This document shows positions 35,701-48,030 of a stretch of DNA of 64,000 nucleotides, piece by piece. The notes below the pieces were generated by a model. The model was not told the DNA's origin and did not search any database. It saw only the letters and a program-made list of their open reading frames with translations. Made by a program: the position numbers and the translations under genes. This DNA is from Takakia lepidozioides. Its lineage: Eukaryota; Plantae; Bryophyta. The stretch spans positions 57,102,001 through 57,166,000 of the forward strand of contig CM060732.1 of NCBI GenBank assembly GCA_030704615.1, given 5' to 3'. The stretch's first letter is position 1. Each line of letters opens with the position of its first letter.

Positions 35701-37314
35701 GGCTCAAGCATGAATTGGTTCTTGACAAGCATACACCAAAGTTTCTGAACGCATGTAAGATACCCTGAAGTGCAATGCACAAAAACATTACATTAACATG
35801 GAGAGGACTTCGCAGTTCTGGCAATCAGCTCCATGCATCATTAGAGGGTCAATAAATTTGTGGAACAAAGTACAGAGAAAAATTAGTCGTTCAGGAAGGA
35901 GCTGAAGAGCTTATGGGAGAAAGAATGATAGACGGAAATAGAAAGCAAGCAGCCCGAAACAAAACTACGCTTCCACTTCGAGAGATTTTCTACGATATGA
36001 TAAGGGGGCCAAGCATGTCACTTAAAAACATCTCTGGGAGGGATTGGAAGCATCAGCGTCTCCGGATTTAACTGTACAGAAAGAGAAAAGAAATCTTGAA
36101 AATCTATAACGTCCAGCTCAAAGCTATAGCTTCAACTAAGGAAAGCAAAGAATGTGGGGCCCGAAAAATCATTGGCGAAGCGGATAGATATCAACTATTA
36201 GGCCGCTGCGGACCAAGGCATCGCGTACATTGTGTGGTGGCCCGCTTCTTGAGAATTGGTGACGCAAGATGCACCGAATTGGCAGACATTCTTGGATATG
36301 GAGAGCATCTCTTAACATCCCGCTGGCCCACACTTACTAATCTTTGACGAATTCGCCAATTTTCAAATGTGGCAGTCGGTTGCAAGAGATCAGACGTCAG
36401 ATTCAAATTTATTAGTTCAAGAAGAGAGTGAGCAAAGCACCAAACACAGATGAGGTTTGCAGTCTTGACAATCCTTGGTCTCTCTCCTCCTGTTATTGGC
36501 CCCCACTTCACATGAACAAATGTCATGAAAAGAAAGCTCTTGGAGACTTCCGGAGTAAACAAGAAATTCCACTCTCAAAGTCGTCCCTTTCGAAATGCTA
36601 GTACGATGATAATCCCCTGCGAACATGAATGGAGTTTGTGAAGGATGACATCCACCTTCCGTTTAAACTGCTCTAAGAGCCAGTTGAACATCTTACGGTT
36701 CTTAGGTCATTCCGCCATTTCTAAGCCAGTCACCAGGAAGATCAAATGCATCACCGAACAACCCCAGGTTCGAAATCAAGCAGGTAGCTAAGTCACACCT
36801 CTCTGTAAAGCCCGGGCTTTAGTAGGATGCACACCATGAAATTGAAAGTACCGCTTCTCGGTCCATTGAATCAGTTGAATGCAGCCGGATCTTTGGGAGT
36901 TTCCAATAAACTAACTGCACCCACAAGATGTTGAGAGTACAGTTAAGGTCAGTTGAATCAGTTGAATGAGTAGCTTTCCAGGAGTTTCAAGTGCAATGAG
37001 TGAGCCTTGAGCAGATTATTCTCCAGAAGTTACATATACACAAAATTTTGTTACATGCCTGTAGGGATATATGATTGGTGGTTTTTATGAGTAAGACTGC
37101 AGTGAAATGTGGGGTTAAATTGGTAGCAGCACACAACTTCCCCCGCCCCCACCCCGCTCTCTCTCTCTCTCTCTTTTCGCGCAGTTGAGGACACGTCCAA
37201 GCCTCGTTGTGGACCCAAGCGTCAGGAAGAACTGTGTCTTCACAATTGAAGTCCGTTTCCGTTCTTTCTTCATTAAACTTTGCACATGCACCTACCAGCA
37301 TTTCTTGAAACAAA

Positions 37315-38361
37315 ATGGTTAGGAAGGTTTTCAGAGCGAGGATGGATTATTCGGATTATGCCCACACCAAGCAGCAAATAGCAGCTCCCTGGACGGAGAA
37401 AGTGAGAAACAAAGAGCACCATGCTGACTTCTCTTATGGCCACAAAGGCCAGGATGTGACGCTGTTTAGCCATCTCCCGCCCCCTGCACACTCATTCCAT
37501 CCTGCTCTGATAAACGCCCCGGAGCCTGACTATGGCCGGCAGGCCTGTGATGTAACTGAGTACATGCGTTACACAGTTACCAAACCCCCGGACAAAGACT
37601 ACTGGTTTGGAAGAGAGGCCTCTGATATATCAGACCATCTGCGCAGCCAAATTCCTGCGATAGAAGACCCGTCTGGTGGCATTTACTGGGGAAGGCCAAA
37701 ATCTTATGTAACAGATCCCGCAATCTCGCCAAATCTAACTCCTCCACACAGGCCAATTGATGGGGAGGGATCGAGAGCTGCAATGACATGGCCACCAACA
37801 TCACGTGAAGATCAAATTCCGCTAGGGAAGTCTGTGAACAGGCTGCAGGGTATACTTAGAGCGCTTGAACGCTCCAAAAGGACAGCAGCACCTCGAAAAG
37901 AGCCTCCTATAAGCCCAACTGGCCCTGGAACGACAGATAGACTCTCACCTGGCCAGCCAGTTGGGAAATCGGGAAGAGTTTACCCTCCACACAATTTAAA
38001 GATCAAGATTCCTGAGTCTGACATTTACTGGGGCAGAACAAAATCATACATAACAGACTATGCGATCTCGCCCAATTTGACTCCCCCTGGAAGGCCCTAT
38101 GATGGAGACAATGCCAGGGTAGCAATGACGTTCACTCCCCTCACACCAAAAGGGGAGGAGAAAATCCCTCTTGGAAGGGCAGTCAAGAGAATGGGGTCAA
38201 GACCCACAACTGCGCCCAACTCCGCAGTCACTGGATCCATACAGAAGGTTCAGACCCAAACAGGGGCTCAGACCGCACGCGGCCCTGGCTCACCCCCGAA
38301 ATCTCCTCCACCGAAATTATCACCCCCATCAGGTCGACACTCAAACATCCGCATGTTGTAG
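37315..38361 (+). CDS. Intronless 348-aa Pro/Ser-rich protein with an internal repeat
   Basis: Uninterrupted ORF in good ATG context (AAAATGG) downstream of a CT microsatellite. Two copies of IYWGRxKSY[IV]TDxAISPNLTPPxRPxDGxxxRxAMT. Confidence 0.8.
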   Translation: MVRKVFRARMDYSDYAHTKQQIAAPWTEKVRNKEHHADFSYGHKGQDVTLFSHLPPPAHSFHPALINAPEPDYGRQACDVTEYMRYTVTKPPDKDYWFGREASDISDHLRSQIPAIEDPSGGIYWGRPKSYVTDPAISPNLTPPHRPIDGEGSRAAMTWPPTSREDQIPLGKSVNRLQGILRALERSKRTAAPRKEPPISPTGPGTTDRLSPGQPVGKSGRVYPPHNLKIKIPESDIYWGRTKSYITDYAISPNLTPPGRPYDGDNARVAMTFTPLTPKGEEKIPLGRAVKRMGSRPTTAPNSAVTGSIQKVQTQTGAQTARGPGSPPKSPPPKLSPPSGRHSNIRML

Positions 38362-38479
38362 GTCTGTAGGATTTCTTCATTGGTGCATTTCATACGACTC
38401 TCTGCCTGAATTTCAAGAACAGGACAATAAGCGAATCGAAGTTGATCAACTGAAGAGGTCCGGAACCTTGTAGCCAAAC

Positions 38480-38640
38480 AAGTGCACGAGGCATTCACCC
38501 TTAGACAATCACGATAGTTTTTATCTTTGACTCTGGTTTCCTGTTTTCTCTCATGTTTTTCTTTCCATTTTGTCCCATAAGCTCTATGAGCTTTCCGCGG
38601 ACGTTATAAAGCACCATTTCATTTCATTTCATTTCTTTCA
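38480..38640 (+). mobile_element. Second copy of the non-LTR 3' end with (CATTT)n tail
   Basis: Matches 28140-28300 (TGCACGAGGC.TT.ACCCTTAG.CAATC; TTTTGTCCCATAAGCTCT; tail). Confidence 0.6.
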
Positions 38641-39125
38641 GCAGTTGAATCAAAATGGATCAAAGTAGGAACTCACAGTTTGCATGAACATACCACAATT
38701 GCATTTCAGTAAAGCGAAGCAGTGAACCTCTCAGAATATAGAAGTACACCTTTGGAGATTAACTTTCCCTCACTCAATTTGCACGAAGAACTTCTAGTAC
38801 ATTGGTTGAAGTATAGTGATGTGCCTCCAGTTATTCATCAAACCCTAGATACAGCTTAAGGCTGGCTCCACATGTGGATTGCTACGATATATTGGGTTGG
38901 TTCTGCTATATCCTCATCTAAACTGTATTGGCTCCGAGATGACATATCTGAAAACTGTGATTCATACAAAATTGTCTTATCCAGCTACAAAAGCAAGTCA
39001 TGGTTAGGGATTAACTAAATCAACCCAGGGAAGAGGAATCTGTCATCTTACCTGAAATGGCATTCTTTTGAAGATGTAGCAGTACACAGGGATTTGCTGT
39101 AAACTTCAGTGTTAAGTTTGGTGCA

Positions 39126-40039
39126 ATGGTATGTACAATGCTTGCAGTGGCAGCTTCTCCTAGGGCTAGTTCTCCATCCAAACCTGCGTCACCTGCCCAA
39201 GCTTCATCACCTTCTAGTACCACCCTTGCTGGCCCCTGCAAGCTGTCAAAGAAGGACGAGGCCGTAAGATGGAGAGACCAGACGAGTTTTGGTAAGCCGT
39301 TTTCCTGTACTCAGATTCATGTCGGAGTTTAATCTCCAAGAGGCTTTTGCAGGATATGAAATTTGCCGGTGGGTGATCACTTGTCATTTAACTGTGGTTC
39401 CAATGTCGTTCTGAATTTTTTTCCAATTTGCCTTGTTTGCACATGTTACACATAGATTTTAGTTTTGCTGTTTGAAGGATGCGGGTGTAGCAAACATTGT
39501 CTCCGTGCCCAGCGTCGAAAGAGGAAAAAAGAGAGCTAGAGGATAGATATGCAATGAGGGCTTCACAAGTGCTTCGCTAGACCTGGAGTCTGGGTCACAG
39601 CATGTGAGTTTAAACCTCAAGGGAATACCCAAGGTGATAGATAACTCATTGAATTGGTAAAGATTATCAGCTGATACTTTCAATGTGCAAACTTGCAGGT
39701 AGTGCCTCTCGAAGACGGCCTCTGACAATCCGATGTTGTAGCAAGAAGATTCCGCGTGGCCCACCTCAGCTCCATCTTTTACCGAAAGTTAAAAGCCCAC
39801 GGCAAGGAATTACACCTTCAAAGAGAAGGGCCCTCGGCCCAGAGCTAAGAGGCATAAGAAAGCCTGGGGATGTTATGGATCCTCACACTGACGTGCCGTG
39901 GTATGGCAGAACAAGATGCTACATAACCGATCCCAGCATTTCCCCGAACCTCACTCCCCCTGGTAGGCCCTCACTGCGAAGCCCTGAAGAAAAGGCAAAA
40001 AGCTTGGCCAGACGGCCCCCCAGGCCTGCCATGCCCTAG
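39126..40039 (+). CDS. Paralogous gene or pseudogene carrying the same repeat motif
   Basis: Last segment encodes VPWYGRTRCYITDPSISPNLTPPGRP. Splice-like sites at 39291/39292, 39603/39604 and 39698/39699, but I could not build an in-frame model. Confidence 0.45.
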
Positions 40040-42249
40040 CCGGGTTCTCCAGCCTACCGGAAGCGGTCAAGGTAGAGTTCATCTGGAAATCCTCTACTCC
40101 GCCACAGCCAATGTAGCTCCTCTACTCAAGAAAAGACTTGGATCAATATGCATGTATTAACGGCCTCTCTTCCAGCTCTAGTTGTATCAAGCTGCCAGCC
40201 AGTTTTCTTCACATTCCTCTGCCAACAACAAGCCTGCCAACAACAAGCACAGAGTTTTCTATGCAATCTTCTCTCGTTCAATTCTTTGTGACCAAATTCG
40301 ACCAGTTCTCTCCGCGATCTTGCATGGAATCCAGGAAATCATAAACATGCTAGAGATCCATGCAGAGAATTCACATGGACGCTAAACATCAACCTGATTA
40401 TACATCAAGACCGAGGCAGAGAATAATTATTGCTCATCTCTAGGCGAAGGGTTGGACACACATGGATACTGCAGTTTCCAGGAATCCAGGAAATTGTGGC
40501 TTTCGTAGAGTTTACACAGGATCTTTCGTGCACAATATAATATCCCGCCATGTGGGGTCGCAGCTTTTGCATAACAGAGATTGCTGCCTCTGCACACCAA
40601 ATCCCCAGTGGTCCCTCTTCTTGATGCTTATCTTTTTCTTCTTCGCTTTTTTTTCCAATGAAGACCCCCCAGAACTTTCAGTATACAAACCCAGGGAAAA
40701 CATAACCTTGGGAATGCCATGAAGCAAGATGGATATGACGTAGGGGCCATGTATTGACTCTTAAGTGAAATATTGAATTGAGCAAATTGCTCACCTCAAA
40801 ATTTAGTTGCTTCTTCAAATTTGTGGTGCCCATTCTGAATGCTCACTTTTTTTTCTCAATTTATTCTGTCCTCATTGCCAAAGTTAAATGAGAGGTGCTG
40901 AAAGGGTGTGAAGATGATGGGTTTATGTACCTGAAATAGTCTCCAAACAAGACATTTGGGATTAAGGTTGTAGTCTAAAGTTTGCTCGAAGGAAAGAATT
41001 ATTTGGTATGACACCAAAGAAGAGCTCATAGACTGCAGAATATGAGTGATGTTTCAACCTTTTTCCTCATGTTGAAGGATGGAATGTGGCAGAGCTTGTC
41101 ATCTTCTGATCTTTGCAAAGAGTTGGACATTGATGCATATGCGATTGATTGTTCTAATGAGGGAGTTATTTGTGCACTGAATGAAACCACTCCTAAGAAT
41201 ATCAGTCCCAACATTCTTAGGACCAAGCTAGGGCTAGTAGAAGCCACTCGTAATTGACCATATTATCCTAGAAAACTCTTTACACATTCACAAGGTCGAT
41301 CAGCTACTGGTTGGATTATCCAAGGCTTCAGCACAAAAAAAAATACCACCGCCATGAAAAACAATCACTAACCTCTGATTCCCACTAAAGATGATGATCA
41401 ACAATCCCAAGATTGAGAGGTGCAAGAAAAAGTAGAAGCTTTATGTTGGGGGTTGCAACAATCTACATGTCCCATGTATGTATAAACATTACCGAGAATT
41501 TCCATGGATAAGCCTGTGACCTTGATGACTTAGAGTAAAATCAGGAAAAATGAAGAAAAAGAACGACGAAATTATTCTAATGTTTGAACAAGAAATATTT
41601 TACAGAAGTCATTCACAAATAATAACCATGTCATACAAAAGCAAACATGACAATGGAACAAGAGCAAGTAAATAAAGATCCAATACGCAGAAAGAATGAT
41701 GATAAACATTCACATTTTATTTCAGATAACAGTTTACATAAGTGTCACCATCAAGCAATACAAAATAACCTCAATTGGCCATCCGACGATGTAACATCCA
41801 TAATGAAGCCTTAAAATGAAATGTAAAGAAAGAGTACTATAATTTACTTCATTAATAGGAAAAGAGCCTCCTCCCAGAAACCCAGACGCCCTGCACTCAA
41901 GGCATGTGTTTAAAGACGCCTCCGACTACCACAACCACTTAACAACACTCTGTGCACCAGATGAAATGGATATATTCTGCGAAGGATCATCACTTTTATT
42001 ACTTGTAGCTGTACTTGATGCTTCGGAAGCCTTGAGGGACTTCCGCCAAGCCTTCCAATCTCGAACCTCTTGTTTCTCCTTTTGAATTTGATTCCTCACC
42101 TGACACTTGAATATTATTATGGAAAAACAGCTCATACACCAAATATTAGGCCATAGCGACAAGACAAAAAATTTAGAACATGTACACAGAATTGTATTAA
42201 ATTAGGGTTCGGAAGAACAAGTCGAGGTTGAGGAAAGAGGGGACTATGC

Positions 42250-44080
42250 AAACAATACGTAAACATTGTAGATGAAAAATGCATATTATCCCAACAGATT
42301 TGGTAATGCCAAGAAGTCTATACCCAGATAATTGGGTTTTTTCTGGAGTGGAAGCTAAATAGACAGATCAAGATATTTCATTGAAACCAAGACCAATAGG
42401 CGTGGTCCCGACCAATAGCCTGACAACATGATTTTGCATGGTTCTTACTGACATAGTCAATATTTGACCGAGAAAGCTACAATCATGCTTGAGGTAAAAG
42501 ACCACATTGCTTTAATAAGGTCATCCAGGTCACTCACGACATTATCAAGCTGCTTGAATATAAAGTGGAAGAATATAGTATTCCCTGGGTTACGGTGTCC
42601 GAGCATCCACAAATAGTATTTTCCCCTTTCGAGCAAAACATTTACCAGAAAACTTGACCAAAACACTATGAATATCCTTAATAAGATATTTAATCCATGC
42701 TTAACCCTTAAACGCCCATTAGCCTGTTTTGGGCCTTTCAAATCAGGAAATTTGCAATAACTTATCAGGATCTTAGCCAAAATTTCTGAATTTTGGATGT
42801 TATGCCCAGCCACCTGGGCTAATCTGAACCGTCGGACGATTTTCCCTGATCAAGGTTAGGGTTCCAGAGATTGCTACGAGATATGGGTCCCGCGCTTTCT
42901 GCGCGAGTTGGAGTGTGCTTGCAGGTGGCCGTTTGGATTCCATTTTTCCAAAGAGCACTCAACTCTGCAATTTTGACCCACTCTGCTTTGACCAAGTATT
43001 AGCAGCCCATTTTTTGTCCAAATTGCATTTTGTTTTCTGCAATGGATGTGAGATCCCATCATGATAAATGGGGAGCAGTTTCAGCTCATTTGGAAATCAT
43101 CCTGTCACCCATTTCTACAAATTACTCTTTCCAATTTATAAATTTTGGTGTGTGGGGCCCAAAAAAGGGTCCCAGTAGTAACGGTGGCATTTTCTGGATT
43201 TTCATCTGATTTCCCTCAAAATTGGCATGTACCTACAACATGTAGGTATGCACCTGATATACGGTCAGAATTTTCAAATTCCAAATTTTCCAAAAATTAC
43301 AGCTATTCTCAGGCATCAGGTTTTTTACAAAAGTAAAAAATAACTATTGGGTGTTTAAGGGTTAATATAACGTGTGGTATCTTTGCAATGTTTAGCAGAC
43401 CACACAAAACAAAATTTCTCCATATTAATGTCCGGGGGAACAAAACACTCCAATTTCATTTTATAAACAGTATGCTTGTTAGCGCATGACCAAATCGCAA
43501 CATGAAAATGATTCATAGCAAGCTTCATAAACTCTCACACGTCAGGTCGAGGAATCACACAAGGTCTTTTCGGAACTCGAATTGTAACCCTCTTCTTAAA
43601 CAACTCACCTCCAATTGGAGGTGGCCGGTAGCATAAAAATCCATTGACATATATTCTCTTTCTCTTTTACAGCAAATCCCTATGGCTAGTCCATGTATAT
43701 TTCTTCCATAAGATCTCTATTGAAAAAGGTTATATATACATCCATCTTACGTACCTCAAAATTTTCAACTGTAGCATTTAATGCAAGAATTACTCGAATT
43801 GACTCCATTCATGTAACATGAGAGAAGGTTTCATTGTAAGTAATACCTTGAACATATGAAAACCTCTTTGCCACCAAACGAGCTTTGTGTCTTGCTTCAG
43901 AACCATCTGCATTGTACCTAACTCTGAAAATCCATTTTATAACCACCATGCTCTCGTCTTGGCGAATAACAAGACTTGCAGTCTTGTTATCTTGAAGAGA
44001 CTGAAACTACATGCCATAGCTTTCTTCCAGTGTGAAGAATTCTCACTCATCAATGCATCTAAAACACTTTAAGGTTCATC
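42250..44080 (-). pseudogene. Ty1/Copia RT remnant interrupted by a MITE
   Basis: Minus strand reads KWIFRVRYNADGSEARHKARLVAKRF (~43861-43938) and FNRDLMEEIYMD*P*GF (~43675-43725), both Copia RT signatures. Continuation left of the MITE is weak. Confidence 0.75.
42705..43361. mobile_element. piggyBac-like non-autonomous element (MITE)
   Basis: TTAA on both sides (42701-42704 and 43362-43365). 18-bp TIRs CCCTTAAACGCCCATTAG / CCCTTAAACACCCAATAG (16/18) starting CCC. No coding capacity. Confidence 0.78.
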
Positions 44081-44099
44081 ACTGTCAATATAGTGCAAA

Positions 44100-44820
44100 G
44101 AGAAACAGGGTTTTACGATTGGGTTTCATGACTACTATTTTTGAGTCAAAAGTCCCTCATGACTAATAATCGTAAATATTGCGTCATAGGGCCATGGGAG
44201 TCATATGTAGCTAATAGTCATATATCCCATGACTAGCTTCAAGACAAGTGATGTGTCATCTGAGTGGGTTGAGTAGAGGATGACGTGTGGTTATATATAC
44301 TAACGTGGTGACGACCATATACATCCCCGCGTGGAGGACATGCAGCAAGGGTGCCTACTTAACATAGTCCACATGAAATGGAAACACATAATCTATAGTC
44401 ATGGTTATGTTTGGTTCATATGACTAGGTGAGCAAACCCCTTGCTAAGTGACACATGTGCACATGAAATGGAAACATTTGTATTGTAGTCTTGCTTACTG
44501 TAGGATCATAACTCCATGAAAGAAATTCTATCGGTACACGTGGGCAATGTATGAGCAAATATGTTTAGGATTGGTGTAATGACACGTGGAGATTTGGCAG
44601 CTTGACTTGTAGACGTACATATGACTAGAGTTCGATGTATACATGACTGCAAACTATTTGAATGTGAATGCGACATGTGCTCAAATGCGTATCATACGAT
44701 GCAGTCATGTATATGACTATTGGAATCGACGCTTGTTGCTTCAACACTGCATTCAGTATTTTAAATTATAATAGGGAAGGACAGTGTTTAAATTGGTCAT
44801 GTACATGACTCAATGACTAA
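44100..44820. repeat. Non-coding region rich in ATGACT/AGTCAT motifs (possible CACTA-type subterminal remnant)
   Basis: Many ATGACT/AGTCAT copies in both orientations. No intact CACTA terminus or TSD found. Confidence 0.35.
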
Positions 44821-47800
44821 GAACTGAAATCAATATTATACGGGGCAGAGTAACAAACAGTATCCGCCCTACAGTCACTTGGAACATGCAAACAAAGACA
44901 TTGAAGATAAGAAAACACATCATATAACATCAACCAATATATAAACATGACAATACAAATAAGGTGGGCACATCATCATTCTAATGTAGCCCTATGCTGC
45001 CTACAAGTACTCCTTGTAAACTTACACTATGGACCCTCATCTTGCCATCCTGTCTACTTTCAGTTGTTTGTGATTTTAAAGAGTCAGGGTGTCTACAATA
45101 TCTCTCAATTCCTTAAGTGCAGGTTTTATAGCAGTGCTGAAGAAGGGCAAAGAAGCATTTCTAATGACAACTTCTTGAATAAATACAACTACGTATCTTT
45201 TTGGCACAACAGAGTACTCGTCGCAGAACTTGATCCCTGTTAAACCAACGACAAATCCATCTCCAGCCTTGGACTTTGATGCTGTCTGTATAAATCAGAT
45301 TCTCTCCTACAGTGAACTACCATCTCTTCCAAACCACATATATAAATGTCAAAGTGTCCTCATAAATGCAAAAAATGATACAAGGAGCAAACATGAGTGC
45401 TGTCAGTTTCGCACGCGCGCATTAAACTTGTTGGCTAAGCGTAGTCTCTTTGGTGCTTTATAAGAATTGATACAACACAGAAAAAGGATGGAAAATTCAG
45501 CAGGGAAAACCTACCCAATGTTGTACTTTATCTTGAGAAGTTTTCGAATGTTTCCTAGTATCAGGCTCTAGGGCTGCGTTTGCTTTAATGGACTGATGTT
45601 TGCTACCTAGACATAAGCGCACTGAGGGGGTGGTTCCATGTAGACCTTTCCATTTAACCCCCCTTAAATCATGGCACCAATTGCCATGTATAATTAGATT
45701 AAGTTTAGAATGAAATTGTCGAAATTCATTCTCTGTGGTAACATTTCTCTAACTTTGGATAAAAATAAATAACATTCTACAAGGCTGCAAGGAAAAGACA
45801 ACCGAGGTGCCGCAAAACTCGATCATCCCTTGTTGCCCCTTAGCAAGGGCCGATTATGCTATTTAAATGAGAGAATATGTTAGCGCCTCTTTAATCCTCT
45901 TTAATCCTCTTTAATCCTATGCGATTCAAGCAGGAGCAACCCTACCTTCTTAGGCGATATTCAGCCTAAAAGCACCCAAAAAAAGGGGATGCGACACCCC
46001 TTTGTAAAAAACAGGGGCCTGGGAAAAAAAACAAAAAAAAACAGAAAGTGTCCATTCTTGGCTGGGAGGTGCCAAAAAGCACCATGGGAACTAGCCTTTT
46101 CCCCGCTGGGAAGTGAGTTCCCTTGCGCCCTAAATCTGGTGGTTGGCGCCCCATCGTACCAAAAACTTCCACGATCTCGCCACTTGCACTTATGAGGGCC
46201 GTCCGATCTCCAGGGTTTGGCGGACTGGAGGGGGCAGGCCGTCACCATCGCACGCTGTCCCCCATTGGACTATGGTGCCTGAAATGTTACGTTGACGTTT
46301 CATCATAGCCAGTTGATCTCACCAATACATGGGCTACATAGCCACCTATTTCCAGATGTGTGTCGCCCGTGCAATATATACATGTAAATCGCCATATTGT
46401 ACAGTAGCTCAGCAAACATGTAGCCGCCACCTTTGCACTTCACCCCACCACTTTGTACCCACCTCCACGCCTACACAGAAATGAAAACAAAAGGGTAGGG
46501 GCGCTTTGAGGGCCCATGGGACCTGACACTTATATTTTTGGGACAAAAGAGTACAGAATCCGACTTATGACGGGATTGTGGGTTCAAATTCGCGCTTTTG
46601 GACAGAATGGATGTGGACATGCATGGAACAAGATAATGAAACCTGGACCTATCTGAGACTATTGTGCAATGTATAGTGAGATGCACAAACTTGCGAACGG
46701 TGCATTGCACTTAGTCCGGTGTACCAAAGGTTTTGATTTATTTGCGATGGATGCGTGAAGTTCTTGTCTTCTCAACCTAATTATTGAATTTAACAATGAG
46801 TTAGACGTACAAATCTAAGGACCAACTGTAATGCTCATAGTGCTTGTTGTTGTTTTATGGGTGAATGGGGACAGAATCCCACCATACCGATGTTCCTAAA
46901 ATATGTTATATACATATATATATTTGGGGAAGGTGAATACGAGGGATACTTCCGATCCTGTTCTTTTAGAGTAAAACCTTCTATCCATCCACCCCATTCT
47001 TTGCGAATTTGCATTTGGAGATGGACCTTGGTGTCAATTAGTTTGCAGTTATTGGAGAATGGAGGTTTAAAACGCCCCTGAGAAAATTTATAACCAAACG
47101 CCAGTAGTTGTTTCTAGAGTTTCGGACCAGCGCTTGTTGCAGCTTTACAATGAATTCGATCTCTCCTGGTGCAGTGGGGCGTGCTCAGTTCCCACATTTC
47201 CAACTCTTGCTTTGGCTGGAAGGACAACCTCTTGGTCAAAGGTCAAGTTTCTTACTTTGCAAAATCCAAAAACATGAAATCCCCCCACCTAAGACTCTCT
47301 TGTTCCTTCAGCCCCTTCTCCAATTGTTGGTGTGGTGAATTTCTCCACAATTTGCTGGGCAGATGTACATGGTAGGCAAGGTGAATTTGATAAGGTTCAA
47401 ATTTTTGCATCCTAAATGGTAGGTGTGTAGTGTGTAGCCCCAATTAACTCGCCATAGGTTACTTTTACGGGGGCTGAAATTTGCCCAACGGCGGGCTAAA
47501 GGAAAAGAAAAAGAAAAAGAAAAGAAATGCCAGCATACACAAAGATTTTGGTATTTTCCACCAGAAATAAAGCTCTAGTCCATTATCGGGCCTTTGCCAA
47601 CTTACTTTGACATTATTGTGGACAAACCTTCCGGACTGAATGTTGATGAAAACGATGGTAAAGTGCTCAACATCTTTCCGGTCAGAGCACAGATGTGGGT
47701 GAGACTCTTCACAGCCCAAGTTACAAGGACACAATTATAAGGCACACTCTGCCACTGAGCTAATATGCCATTCCACCATTCCGGAGTGAAGTGGGTAAAA

Positions 47801-47929
47801 TGAGGAATTCATTTTAGCGCATTGTACGTCGCATTCCCCACATGGGCACCTCACATACCGTACTTGGAGCGACCCTTAGGAAAACGGGCCTGCTATTGGC
47901 TTAGCAGGCTTAATTGTAGCGAGAGGAGA

Positions 47930-48030
47930 AAATAACCTCTTTCATAGTACCCTTCCCATGAGGCGCCCAACACAAGGCTCTAGCCACACCTGACAAGGTA
48001 GCAGGATTTGAACCCAGAATCACCTGGGTG
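47930..48030 (-). mobile_element. tRNA-derived SINE-like fragment
   Basis: Minus-strand B-box GGTTCAAATCC without a complete cloverleaf. A similar segment occurs at 63900-64000. Confidence 0.4.

Noticed and set aside
47990-48030. tRNA gene
   Set aside because: Only a B-box/T-arm-like segment is visible, with no full cloverleaf; treated as SINE-like.
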